Assembly: GCF_036321535.1 (NCBI RefSeq)
Contig: NC_087436.1
Coordinates: forward strand, 58,716,001-58,780,000
Length of the DNA: 64,000 nt
Reading direction: 5' to 3'
Source: Camelus dromedarius
Lineage: Eukaryota
Under the pieces are notes generated by a model, which was not told where the DNA came from, ran no database searches, and saw nothing but the letters and a program-made list of their open reading frames with translations. The translations under genes and the position numbers were made by a program. Within the stretch, counting starts at the first letter, position 1. Each line of letters begins with the position of its first letter. Below are positions 53,176 to 64,000 of the stretch, piece after piece.

Positions 53176-54279
53176 TGTTACCAGTGTGAATGAAAAATAC
53201 TGCAAACCAAATCAGTAAACAAAGAATGTTGAAACCATCAAGTCATCAGTGGCTGCTGCCACCCCCAGTGAAGACAAGCCTGCAGCCCAGCCTCTGTAGC
53301 CACTCACAATGGTGCACTCTGAGGGTACTCAGAATAATAAAGGACAAGATACTGGCCCTAGATAGCTAGGTGCTTGTCAAAGGAATGAATTCAATGAGCC
53401 CAAATGTTTGCTTCCTCCCATACATAGAAAGTCACTAAATTCTTTAACTTGAGATGCCTGGTTTTCTTTAGAGAACAAGCAACCTTTTATTGTCCCAACT
53501 ACCTGGTCTTTGTTGTAAAGCTCCTATACATCTTAGCTCCTCCCCTACCTCTTTGCAGCAGTCCCTCAGAGCGATCTGAGAGGCTGTCATCCCGGCTTGA
53601 GTCCTCCCGCCAAATAAAACAACTCTTAACTGTTAGGCTGCGCATTTATTTCAGTTGACAGCGGGAAAAGGGAAATAAGAATTCCCTCGGTTCTTAGTCA
53701 CCCGAAAAAAAAAAAAGAATTTTTAACGAGTGACAGAAAGTGTGATATAAGCAAGATTTTTATTGGTAAAGTAAAAAGGTAGTAAAAGATAGTACACTCC
53801 CAAGAATTGGGAACGGGCTGATCCAAGAGAGGAAAAATGGTGCTGCTCCTTTGTTTTCCCCATTTTATATCCTGGCTTTTTTGTGATTGATTGATTGATT
53901 AACATTCTTTGAGTGATCAGGGTGATTGACAGCTCAGGTTTCTTGTGCTCAAGTTGACTGACAGCTGTGCTCTGGCACGCCCATCCCCTTTTGGGCAGGT
54001 GTTTACCCTTGAAGCACACATAGAAACCTATGGGAGGGGCTCAAACTGTAATGTTAATTACATTATAATAAGCATTGGGTCAAGTTACGCCAGGTCCTTC
54101 TCTCATGCTCAGCTGCAGCCTTTTGATTTTAGCTGGTTTCTTTTGCCGGCCCTCATTTAGAGAAAGTAAAAGTTTCTGGAGTCCCTTATCCTGAGTGCAG
54201 AGGTACTGTTATTTTCTGGGTTATTCCTTTCCTCGTCCTCTTCCCTGCCCAGGGCTCATTTCTATCTAACTGCCTAACA
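53176..54279 (-). mobile_element. ERV-type solo LTR (outer), interrupted 9 bp from one end
   Basis: tgttaccag[insert]gcgggaaaagggaaataagaatt...ctaactgcctaaca, with tgtta/taaca inverted ends. The uninterrupted end is seen in the related copy at 60549-60734. Confidence 0.82.
53185..53660 (+). mobile_element. ERV1-type solo LTR (inner, nested)
   Basis: tgtgaatgaaaaata...tatttcagttgaca imperfect inverted termini, with AATAAA at 53613-53618. Confidence 0.82.
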
Positions 54280-55505
54280 AATCCATAGCAACAACAAACT
54301 TGAAACCCAGTTCAAGTCCTAATTACATTACTCAATCTTGTTTACTGAAGGTCTAGTAGAAGGAGAGGCATGCCCACTTCGAGCATAAAAATTCTTTGTG
54401 GTCAAAAAACCATGAAGGGTTTGGTATTTTACCCTACTCGTAGGCTAATAAATTAGCCTGTCAAGGTTCGTAAGTGCTGGCAGAAGATACAAGATTTCTG
54501 AGTCAGAGACAGGGATTCTCTTTTCAACAAATGGTGATAATAGAGTTGGCATCCATATGCAAAACAAAAACAAAATCCTTTAAATATGCATTTAAATTGA
54601 AAAATAACTTCAAATGAATATCTCTGTGATCTTGTGTTTGGTAAATATTTCTTGGTAAGATAAAAGAAAAATCTGTCACTAAAAACATAAATTAGAATAT
54701 ACAAATTGAAAACATTTACTCTAAAAAAGATACCTTTATGAGAATGAAGACACTTCAGTGAAGATGACATTTGGGTATTTGAAAAGATATACAATATTAT
54801 TAGTCATCAGAAAAACAGTAAAACCACAATGCGTTATTACTACAATGCTATTAGAATGACAACAACATCAAAAATAAAAACAAAAACACCCCTCCAAATC
54901 TTACAATTCCAGGAGCTGATGAATATCCAGAGCCACTAGAATGGTCATACATTGATGGTGGGAATGTACAGCCACTGGGAGAAAATAGTTTGGCTGGTTC
55001 TTATAAAGTTAAACACATACTTACCAATGACTAAGCAATCCACTTATTTTTTGCCCATGTGAATTCAGAACTTATTATCTCCAGACAAAAGCCTTGTAGT
55101 AAGTAGCTTTATGGATAATTGCTAAAATCTGGAAGGAACCCTGATGTGTTTGAGCAGGTTAATTGGTAAATGTTGGTACAGTCGAACTCTACTTAGCCAC
55201 ACAAATGAGCAAAGGAGCTGGCCTAAGTAACTTTAGAAAACATTGTTTTCACTGGATATTATGAGCCCAGAAACAAAAAAATAACTGTATACAAACACTA
55301 CACTCTAATTGAAAAAGCTACTTTTCACAGGGTATGTGGTTAGAAATTATGAAACTTTTATATTTCTACTTCAATTGAATAAATGAGCAAATTTATTATG
55401 GATTAGGAAAATTGTTAAAGATATGCTATAAATAAGCAAAGAGGAAACAGAAAGAAACCTGTGGTCCTGAAGGGGAGTCAGAGATACCAGCATGAAAAAA
55501 AAATG

Positions 55506-55508
<3 letters not shown>

Positions 55509-55539
<31 letters not shown>
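55509..55539. repeat. (CA)n microsatellite
   Basis: About 15 uninterrupted AC units. Confidence 0.95.
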
Positions 55540-55542
<3 letters not shown>

Positions 55543-56519
55543 TAGACATGTAAATACATGGGCTATTATACATATTTAAATATATTTTCTAGTTCTGTCA
55601 CTACACAGAGTGACACGCCAGGAGCAATGAAAAAACTTAGCGCCCAGATCTTGCTTTCTAAATAATATTCTTAAAAAAAAAAACAAAAAAACAACAAAAA
55701 AAACCCCCAAAACAAACAAACCTGAGGGCTTCTTAGAGAACTGTTAATTCTAGGGATTATACAAGAAAAATGTAAGTTGTCTGGAGCTTTAATTTCAAAA
55801 AGTAAGCAATAAAAAAAGAATGGAGTTTATTGAAAAGACCAAAGAGCCGACCTGAAATAGCCCCAGTGTCCAAATCTGAAACAATCTGATCAGCAAAAAT
55901 ATAATGATAATGTTGAATTAAAACACAAAGAATAAATTAAATATTCATATGTCCAAACTAATATAAGTAAATGATCAAATGATAGAGATGGGATAACTCT
56001 TCCTTATGTAAGATTCCCAACTGATGAATTTAGAGGAAACAAGGGAAATAGAAAAACATTAAAACACCACAGTGCTAATTACCGTAGATGTGAAATGCAG
56101 ACCATTGTGAAAATTAAGGAGAAATAATACTTTTGAGAAAGAGGATATATTCATAGTCTCAAGATTTATCTCCCCCAATAAATATTATTTACAAAGAATT
56201 AAACCGTAACTTTACTATGAAGACATCTGACAGATGCCATCTCAACCAAGTAATTTAGGTTAACATCACCAGTAATAAAGCATATTATGGTCATGCCATA
56301 TTAACTTCAGTGCACTGAGTGTACCTCACAGCTGTGGTGTTCTTTTTCCAAATCCATAACCCCAATTTAATCTCAAGAAAACATCAGAAAATTGTCACAT
56401 ATTGGAGGAGAGCACGAAGACACCACAAGGAAATGTAATATAGGATCCTCAGTTGATTCCTTGAATAGAAAAAAGATATTAATGAAAAATTAGTGAAATC
56501 AGAATAAAATCTGTGTTTA

Positions 56520-57797
56520 CAGTATTCTTCACTTATTCTAGTTTCACTTTCTGTGGTTTCAGTTCGCCGCTGTCAACAGTGGTTTGAAAATATTAAATGG
56601 TAACATTCCAGAAATAAACAATTCTTAAGTTCTAAATTGCCTGCCATTCTGCATGGCACGCTGAAATCTCGCGCCATCCCACCCAGGGCGAGAATCATCC
56701 CTCAGTCCGCGCAACCGCCCTCCGGCACTTAGCAGCCATCTTGGCTGTCAGAGTCACCGTTTCTGTAACGCAGTGGTTGTGTTCAGGTAACTCTTATTTT
56801 ACTTAATAATGGTCCCAAAGTGCAAAAGTAGTGATACTGGTAACTTGGAGAAGCCATTAAGTGCTTCCTTTATATGTAAAGGTGAAAATTTACAACTTAA
56901 TTAGAAAAGAAAAAATACCGTATGCCGGGGTTGCTAAAATCTAAGGTAAGAACGAATCTTCTGTCGGTGAAATTGTGGAGAGAGAAATTCATGGTAGTTT
57001 TACTATTGCACCTCAAATTGCAAAAGTTATGGCCACAATGCGTGAGTGCCTAGTTAACACGGAAATGGCATTAAATTTGTATAATAAAATATTTTGAGAG
57101 AGAAAGAGAATACATTCACATAACCTTTATTATAGTATACTGTTATAATTCTATTGTATTGTTAGTTGTTGCTAATCTTTTACTGTGCCTGATTTATAAA
57201 TTAAACTTTATCATAGGTATGTATGCCAAGAAAAAACATGTATATGTTACTGAAGGCAAGTTCGTATGCCTACCGCACCATGAGGCCAAACAAATCGAAA
57301 TATCAAAATTTGGAGTAGAGAAAGGTTTACTGCAGGGCCAGGCAAGGCGGGTGGAGTGGCTTATGCCCAAGAAAACCCCCGAACTCCCCAAAGGGTTTCA
57401 GCAAAGCATATTTAAAGGCCAGGTGAGGGAGAGGGCCACGGAGTACGTGATCAGCTCATGCACAATTCTCTGGTTGGTTGATGTGGAGGTAGCAGGGTGG
57501 TTAACACTATCAACCCCTAGGCTGGGGGTTGCGTGCTCTAGATTATCAAATAGTTAATTTCTTCCTTTGGTGGTGGTTTTAAGCATCTGAAAAACTCAGG
57601 AAATATGTATGAGATACTATCATCTGAGTACTTCAGGGAGGACCTGCAGCAGAGGACATGGGGGAGGGGTCTGACCCTGGAAGGACCCACAGGATCCTGC
57701 CGGGCTTCACTATATGGAGGGTTCAGCACTACGTGTGGTTCCAGGCATCCACTGAGGGTCTAGGAATTTATCAGCTGTAGGTAAAGAGGGACGATTG
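56520..57797 (+). mobile_element. MER44 (Tigger7 family, TcMar) DNA transposon with transposase 5' remnant, interrupted by an LTR
   Basis: ta|cagtatt...gaaaatattaaatggtaacattccagaaataaacaattc...gaaatctcgcgcc...ttttacttaataatggtcccaaagtgcaaaagtagtgat, and a right end caggcatccactgagggtc...gggacgattg. Confidence 0.85.
57245..57709 (-). mobile_element. ERV1-type solo LTR inserted in MER44
   Basis: TG...CA ends, gagtagagaaaggtttactgcagggcc (antisense poly(A)-signal region), and TSD gtata/ctata. Confidence 0.82.
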
Positions 57798-58431
57798 CAG
57801 TTTAGTTAATAGTACTGTGTCAATGTTAATTTCTTGGTTCTAATAATTTTACTATCATTATGTAACCCATGAACATGGGGGAGCTGGGAGAAAGGACTAT
57901 AGGAAATTTCTCTACAACCCTTGTGACTCTGAAGATAGAATTATTTAAAATAAAAAGTTAAAATGTCAGACTTCTCAGTTATAGAATTTACTTTAAAATG
58001 AGAATCTTTCAGAACCTGCTGTATGCTGTTCCACTGCACAAATTACTCCAGATTAAACATAAGACAATAATATTCTGCTGGAAAAGGGCCATATATTTAA
58101 TAGATATCTTTAAATCTGTGTAGTATTTTTGTTAACTTTTAGATCTTATACAACTCAGGCTATATCTATGTTGACTATAAAATCCTGAGTTTATATGCAT
58201 ATATATTATAACTTCTTAAGGATAGATCATGTTTATTGTATAATATTGAAGATTAAGTCATGCTAAAGTCAATGAATATTGGATTTGAAGCCAATGCTTC
58301 AAATTAGGTTTAGTTTAATTCCTGTTTGCTGCAGATATTAGTTATGTGAACTGGGACATGATTTTGCTTTAATTAATTTCAAATTCATACTCAGTTTTAA
58401 ATTCTTTCTTTAAAAATTGGAGGTAATTACA

Positions 58432-59077
58432 TATAATGAAAAAGAATATGAAAAGGAATATATGTATGTACATGTATGACTGAAACATTATGCTGTACAC
58501 CAGAAATTGACACAACATTGTAAACTGACCATACTTCTTTTTTAAAAAAAGATTTTTATTGAAGTATAGTTGATTTACAATATTAGTTTCAGGTGTACAG
58601 CAAAGTGATTCAGTTGTGCATGCATATACATACATATTTTTCTTTTTAGATTCTTTTCCATTATATGTTATAAGAAGTTGAATATAATTCTCTGTGCTAT
58701 ACAGTAGGTTCTTGTTGTTTATCTGTTTTATATATAGTAATGAGTATCTGTTAATCCCCAACCTTTAATTTATCCCTCCCCACCCTGTCCCCTTTGGTAA
58801 CCATAGTTTGTTTTCTATGTCTGTGAGTCTGTTTTTGGTGTATAAATAGAATTTCTATCTTTTTTTTTTAGATTCCACATATAAGTGATATCTTACGATA
58901 TTTGTCTTTGTCTGACTTACTTCACTCAATACGATAATCTCTAGCTCCATCCATGTTGCTGCAAATGGCATTATTTCATTCTTTTTTATGATGACTGAGT
59001 AGCATTCCATTGCATATATATACCACACAACATTGTAAACTGACCATACTTCAATAAAAAGCACACAAACAAAAAAG
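58432..59077 (+). mobile_element. short L1 3' end (outer) with 20-bp TSD
   Basis: gactgaaacattatgctgtacaccagaaattgacacaacattgtaaactgaccatacttc|aataaaaa. TSD aaaaattggaggtaattaca (58412-58431) / aaaaattggaactaattaca (59078-59097). Confidence 0.9.
58538..59024 (-). mobile_element. L1 3' UTR (inner), antisense inside the outer L1
   Basis: T-tract then ttgaagtatagttgatttacaatattag...ccatgttgctgcaaatggcattatttcattc, flanked by an identical 28-bp direct repeat. Confidence 0.9.
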
Positions 59078-60412
59078 AAAAATTGGAACTAATTACAATT
59101 ATATTTCCTAGTCAATGTTTGAAAATTTATAAAAAATAAAAAGTATTTTCCCAATTATTATATGAAATTTCTGAAAATATGGAGAATTAAAAAATATAGA
59201 AAGAGTAAAATTAACATATATTTATTACCTTTATTCCCATGCATGTGTTTGCATAATAGGAATCACACTACATAAATGATTTTATTACTTATTTTTTCCA
59301 AATAACATTGTGAGAGAAAAGTTTCCTGTTGTCACAAACTACTTGCAGGTAAACTTTAAATGTTATGTAATAGATATGATATATACTGGTACAATGATAC
59401 ATGCATACATATGTATATACATATAAAACATATAGCCTCTTAGAATGTTTAGATGTTTTCAAACTTTTTGTTATCGTAAGCAATCCCTCAAGAAACCCAT
59501 GTCTTGTTTTATTTTTCCTTGTAGCTGGTTTGTTTATTTTCTACTTAGAATGAATGAATCAAAGGGTGTTGCTGATCAGTTTTCCCAGAAAGTTTACTTT
59601 GAGACAGATTGCTGTCTGGGAGATTTCCCTGTGAGGGTAGGAAAGGGAGCTGAATGAATTAGGAAAAGGGAAAAATTGGGTTGTGATCCCTTCTCAGAAT
59701 GGTTCAGGCAACTTGTCAATTGTGAATGTCATATTGCCCTCCAGATTGTTCTGAGTAGGAGTGAGTTGCCAGGCCTCTATATCAAAGCATTGATTAAGTT
59801 ATTGGATGCAGGGTGCCCAAGAGGAGGGTGAGAATTTAGGCAAGTAGGTTTATTCAACAGTTTATCCCAAAGAGGGCTGTCTGCTGGCAGCACTCCAGGA
59901 AGAGCGGGAGTGCAAGTTCTTTCCTAAGGGGGTGGTGCCACAGCATTCAGTATAAAGGCTGGCAGAAGTTCAGAGTTCTTCATACATTCTAGCAAGGAGC
60001 TCTCTAAAACTATTGCACAATTGCAGTTAGTACTACTGTACTAGGTAACAGCTCAAGTTACTTTAAAATGATTCACATAAGTTCTTAGTCTATTTAGTTT
60101 TTTTTACAGAGTCTTACACAATAGGAACAGGTTTAAAAATGTTACTTAGTCCTATTTATGTATTTACTTTTCCTTGGGCTTTGTGAAGTATTTAAATATG
60201 CTCCTTATCTTAAAATTAGAAAAATATTCTACTAGATCTTTAAAACTTCATAGTTTATTCCTATATATAATCTCACTGAAATTTATTTTTGTGTGTATTA
60301 TAATATAGAAATCATACTTTTTTCTTTGCTCTCAAACAGATAGCCATTTCGTGAATAATCAAAGTTTTCCTCAATGATTTGAAATGCCACCTTTATTACA
60401 CAGCAAATTCTT

Positions 60413-61170
60413 TTTTTAAATTGAAGTACAGTCAGTTATAATGTATCAATTTCTGGTGTACAGCACAATGTCCTAGTCATGCATATACATACATATATTT
60501 GTTTCCTATTATTTTTCATTAAAAGTTATTACAATATTGAACATAGTTCTCATTTTTCCTCTCTTGGGTTGGGCCACTCCCAGTTCTCAGGAGTGTACTA
60601 TCTTTTACTACTTTTTTTACTTTATTAATAAAAATCTTGCTTATATCATGCTTTCTGTCTCTTGTTAAAATTTCTTTTTTTTTTTCAGGTGACTAAGAAC
60701 CACGGTAATTCTTATTTCCCTTTTCCTGGTAACATTACTTTCCTGTGCTATATAGAAGAAAATTTTAAAATCTATTTTTATATATAGTGGCTAACATTTG
60801 TAAATCTCAAACTCTCAAATTTGTCCCTTCCCACCCCCTTTCCCCAGTAACCATAAGATTGTTTACTATGTCTGCAAATCTGTTTCTTTTTTGTAGATGA
60901 GTTCATAGTATGCTTTTTTCCTTTCCTTTTCTTTTTTTTTTTTTTTAGATTCCACATATGAGTGATATCATATGGTGTTTTTCTTCTCTTTCTGGCATAC
61001 TTCACTTAGCATGACGATCTCTAGGTCCATCCATGTTGCTGCAAATGTCATTTTATTCTTTTTTTATGGCTGAGTAGTATTCCATTATATAAATATACAC
61101 AACTTCTTTATCCAGTCATCTGTTGATGGACATTTAGGTTGTTTCCATGTCTTGGCTATTGTATATAGTG
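60413..61170 (-). mobile_element. 5'-truncated L1 with perfect 14-bp TSD
   Basis: Poly(T) then aaattgaagtacagtcagttataatg. TSD cacagcaaattctt at 60399-60412 and 61171-61184. Confidence 0.93.
60549..60734 (+). mobile_element. 3'-terminal LTR fragment embedded in the L1 3' UTR
   Basis: Reverse-complement homolog of about 53176-53184 plus 53661-53840. Contains AATAAA, ends in cctggtaaca, and lacks the LTR 5' part. Confidence 0.85.
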
Positions 61171-62674
61171 CACAGCAAATTCTTATATACACATATTATT
61201 TTCATTAATAAAGAAATATGGTACAAGGCTCTCTCCATTCTTCTTTTTTTCTCATTATTTTCTTGACTCTTTCACACATGTAATCTCTCAGATGAGATCT
61301 AGAATCAGTATGCCAAATTATAAAACAACCACAACCACAAAAAAGCAAACAAATCAAAAAGAGATTCTGGGTGGATTTTCAGTGAATTTATGTATTAATT
61401 TGGAAAGAATTGGCATCTTTATGGTATTGAGTCTTTTCCTCCAAAGGCATGACATCCATTTCATTTAGTCAGGTCTTCTACGTCGTCATGGAATTTTTCC
61501 ATGATTTGGTATTCATCTCACGCAAAATGAGAAATGGAATGGAATATCTGTATAAACTGATTCTAGGAAGAGTTTGTGTCCTGATGACCTACAATGTTGG
61601 CAGTCTGTTTCTAACTGTCCAAACTGTAACATCTGTACCTTTTAATGTTTGTATAAACTTTTGTCACCTCCAAAGTATAACCCTTCTTTAGTTGCTTTTT
61701 TGTTTTTGTTCATATTTTGTATAATAGTTTTTGTATGCAGCAATATTTTGGAAACTTTTCTCAAATAGAGAGCATTCATTAACTTTTAAATAAACTCAGA
61801 ACATGATAATTGTTTATCTGAGTCCAAGGTTTGTTTTCTATGACATTGTTCTTAGATTTTTCTTATTTATAAAAGTAATTTTTAAAAAAATTTACCCCCA
61901 AAACCTTTTGCTTTCTAATTTTAGTGTAGATATCTTTTCCAATGTAAAGTTTAATGATGATTTCCATTTCCTTCTAATGTTTTATATTTTGATTCTTATA
62001 TCAGATTACTTAATATGTTTTATGATTATGCAGTCAACATGTTTTTGTAAAAATTTTGGAAAATATAAAAAGCCCTTGCTCCAAAATAAATTTTGCTAAA
62101 ATTTATTTAGCAAACCTGAGAAACCACTCTTTACAGATTTGAGAACTTCTCTATCACTTACATGCATATTAAGGAGTAGGCATTTTATGCTTTTAATAAT
62201 TTTTTTTACCTAAAAGTATATCTCAAACATTTTTCATGACATTATTCTTCAGCATGATCTTCTTAATTTATGTATAATGTTTTACAATATATTGTTATAA
62301 TTTATTGAACTAGTCCACTAGTTGTGGCTATGAGGTTATTTTCAATCTCTGTTCTTATAAAAAATGCTGAATATAAATAAGCAGATGCTTCTTTCCTTTG
62401 TATCAATTCCCAACCCTGAAATTACCAAAAAGAGAATATTTTGTGCTTTGGATGTATGTTTCCAAACTGTCCTCTGGGAATTTGATATCAGTTTACATTT
62501 ACATATATGTTTGAACTCTCATTAAATTTCACACTTAATGGGAATTTTTTTACCAATGGGAAAACAACGAATGACACAGACAAATATCTAGGACATCATG
62601 GAGCTTACATTCTAGGAAGGAGAAGACAAAATAATCAAGATAAATAAGATTTATTTATACATACATTATATAAT

Positions 62675-62900
62675 CACTATAGATTGAATTATGTCCACCA
62701 CTAAATTCTAGGCTCTAACCACCAATGTGACTGTATTTCGAGAAAGGGCATTTTTTAGGGGGTAATTAAGATTAAATGAAATTATAAGGATAAGAATATA
62801 ATCTGATAGGATTGGTGGCCTCTCTTTCTCTTCACCTGCACACACTAAGCAAAGTTCATGGACTGCACAGTGAGAAGCAGGCAGCTGTCTACAGGCCAAG
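62675..62900 (+). mobile_element. MaLR LTR fragment (MLT1A-like)
   Basis: ctatagattgaattatgtcc...ccaatgtgactgtatttcgagaaagggc...gtaattaagattaaatga...gagaagcaggcagctgtctacaggccaag. Confidence 0.75.
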
Positions 62901-64000
62901 TATATTAGATGACTTGCATAAAAAAGTGGAAGAATGAGGCAAATTCACAGAAGGTGCAAAAAATATTCAAAAAGTAGACCATTTAACCTCAGAAATAGTT
63001 GACTTTGATAGGATATTCTCAGCTTTGCATTGCACGTTTAGCAATTAGGTTCCGTAAGAGTCCCAAGTATCCATTTAAACTTGAGCTAATTTGCCTAGAA
63101 GTCTATTCCTAATAACATATGGTTATGCAGAGAGAGTGTGTGTGTGTATGTGCATGCACACTTAAGTGTTGGTTTGCCTGTATATGTCATGATGCGAACT
63201 TCTGCTTCTGACTATGACAAAATAAGAGTCTATCAGAATCACTGTCCTAAGGACAGCAACTGTAAAAACTAGATTAAAATAATGTTTAAAATTTTTGCTT
63301 ACAGAAATCAGAGCGCAATCAAGGCAGCTGGATCCTAATGGGCACAATTTCTGCAGAGAAGGAAACATATTGAGGTGAGATCGACCTTTCCTTTTGAAGC
63401 ATTTTGCTTATTCTCTACAATAAACATAAATGCCAAACAGAAAACAGCATCCTAGAACCTGCAGCAGTCTCTGAGGGCTTTGTAGGGAAAAATGAGAGCT
63501 CAAGGCTGCCCAAACAACCATGACTTGAAGAGTCAAAATCTTGGGTAAAAGAAAACTATAGAAAAGTCAACATGCTATTTTTCCTGCAGTTTTCCTTTAA
63601 GGCATTTGCTGATTCTTAACTGAATATTCCCATGACAAGTTATTGAGAATCCAAGCAGAATATAGTTAATTAAAGGATAAAAAGTTAAGCAAAGAGTACA
63701 AGAGATTAATTTAGCTGAAGAGACAAAAAAATTGGATCTCAGGACTCACCAAGTAGTAGGAGTCCTGGTAAACAACTCAGACTTTCAGTTGAGATTCTTT
63801 CTTTTGTTATTTCCCTAAAATAAGAGAAATCTAGAAATATGCCAGTACCTACAGAACAAGAGATCTAGCTACATGTAAATCATAGTGATCTGTCCATATC
63901 CTATGCATTATCCAGAAGTAAACTGATCAAAAACCAAAGCAAAAGCACAAATTATAAAATAAATCATAGATAAAAAACACATTACATTCAAGGAACAAAT

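Larger units (their letters stand above)
52300..57965 (+). mobile_element. old L1 (MC/MD-like) remnants hosting nested LTRs and MER44
   Basis: 5'-end-like sequence at 52300-53170, ORF2-like tcttttcaacaaatggtg and aaaaccacaatgcg, and a 3' UTR ending gtcaatgttaatttcttggtt...aaaataaaaagttaaaa. Boundaries approximate. Confidence 0.65.
60050..62100 (-). mobile_element. ancient L1ME-like remnant, host of the 60413 L1
   Basis: tgatttgaaatgccacctttatt, ttaatttggaaagaattggcatctttatggtattgagtctt and ccatttcatttagtcaggtcttc. Confidence 0.62.

Noticed and set aside
57159..57557. 132-aa ORF, the longest in the track
   Set aside because: Chance read-through across the MER44/LTR junction, with a non-ATG start and no recognisable domain.
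58369..58761. 130-aa minus ORF
   Set aside because: It spans two non-coding L1 3' UTRs.

Overview
AT-rich, repeat-dense mammalian genomic DNA (intergenic or deep intronic). It is most likely camelid, inferred from three copies of a tRNA-derived SINE that I recognise as Vic-1-like and from the accompanying L1 3' UTR type. The only confidently identifiable gene-derived sequence is a disabled processed pseudogene of PPDPF on the minus strand (33881-34683), with a poly(A) tail, AATAAA, frameshifts and stops. Much of the rest is transposon debris: L1 copies (three with 5'-inversion/twin-priming geometry, several nested with clear TSDs), L2, MIR, MaLR and ERV solo LTRs, and DNA transposons (MER20, MER33, MER44, MER94). 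No intact protein-coding gene can be called, and the ORF-track entries are TE remnants or chance ORFs. There is no prokaryotic-type system. The most interesting unexplained signals are: (1) the retrocopy's 5' end is still a CpG island and carries a strong splice donor, upstream of a chain of frame-compatible candidate minus-strand exons; (2) a gap-free 104-bp inverted duplication with a fold-back hairpin at its tip; (3) a truncated LTR fragment captured inside an L1. All TE family names come from my recall of consensus sequences, not from a database search, and boundaries of old repeats are approximate.
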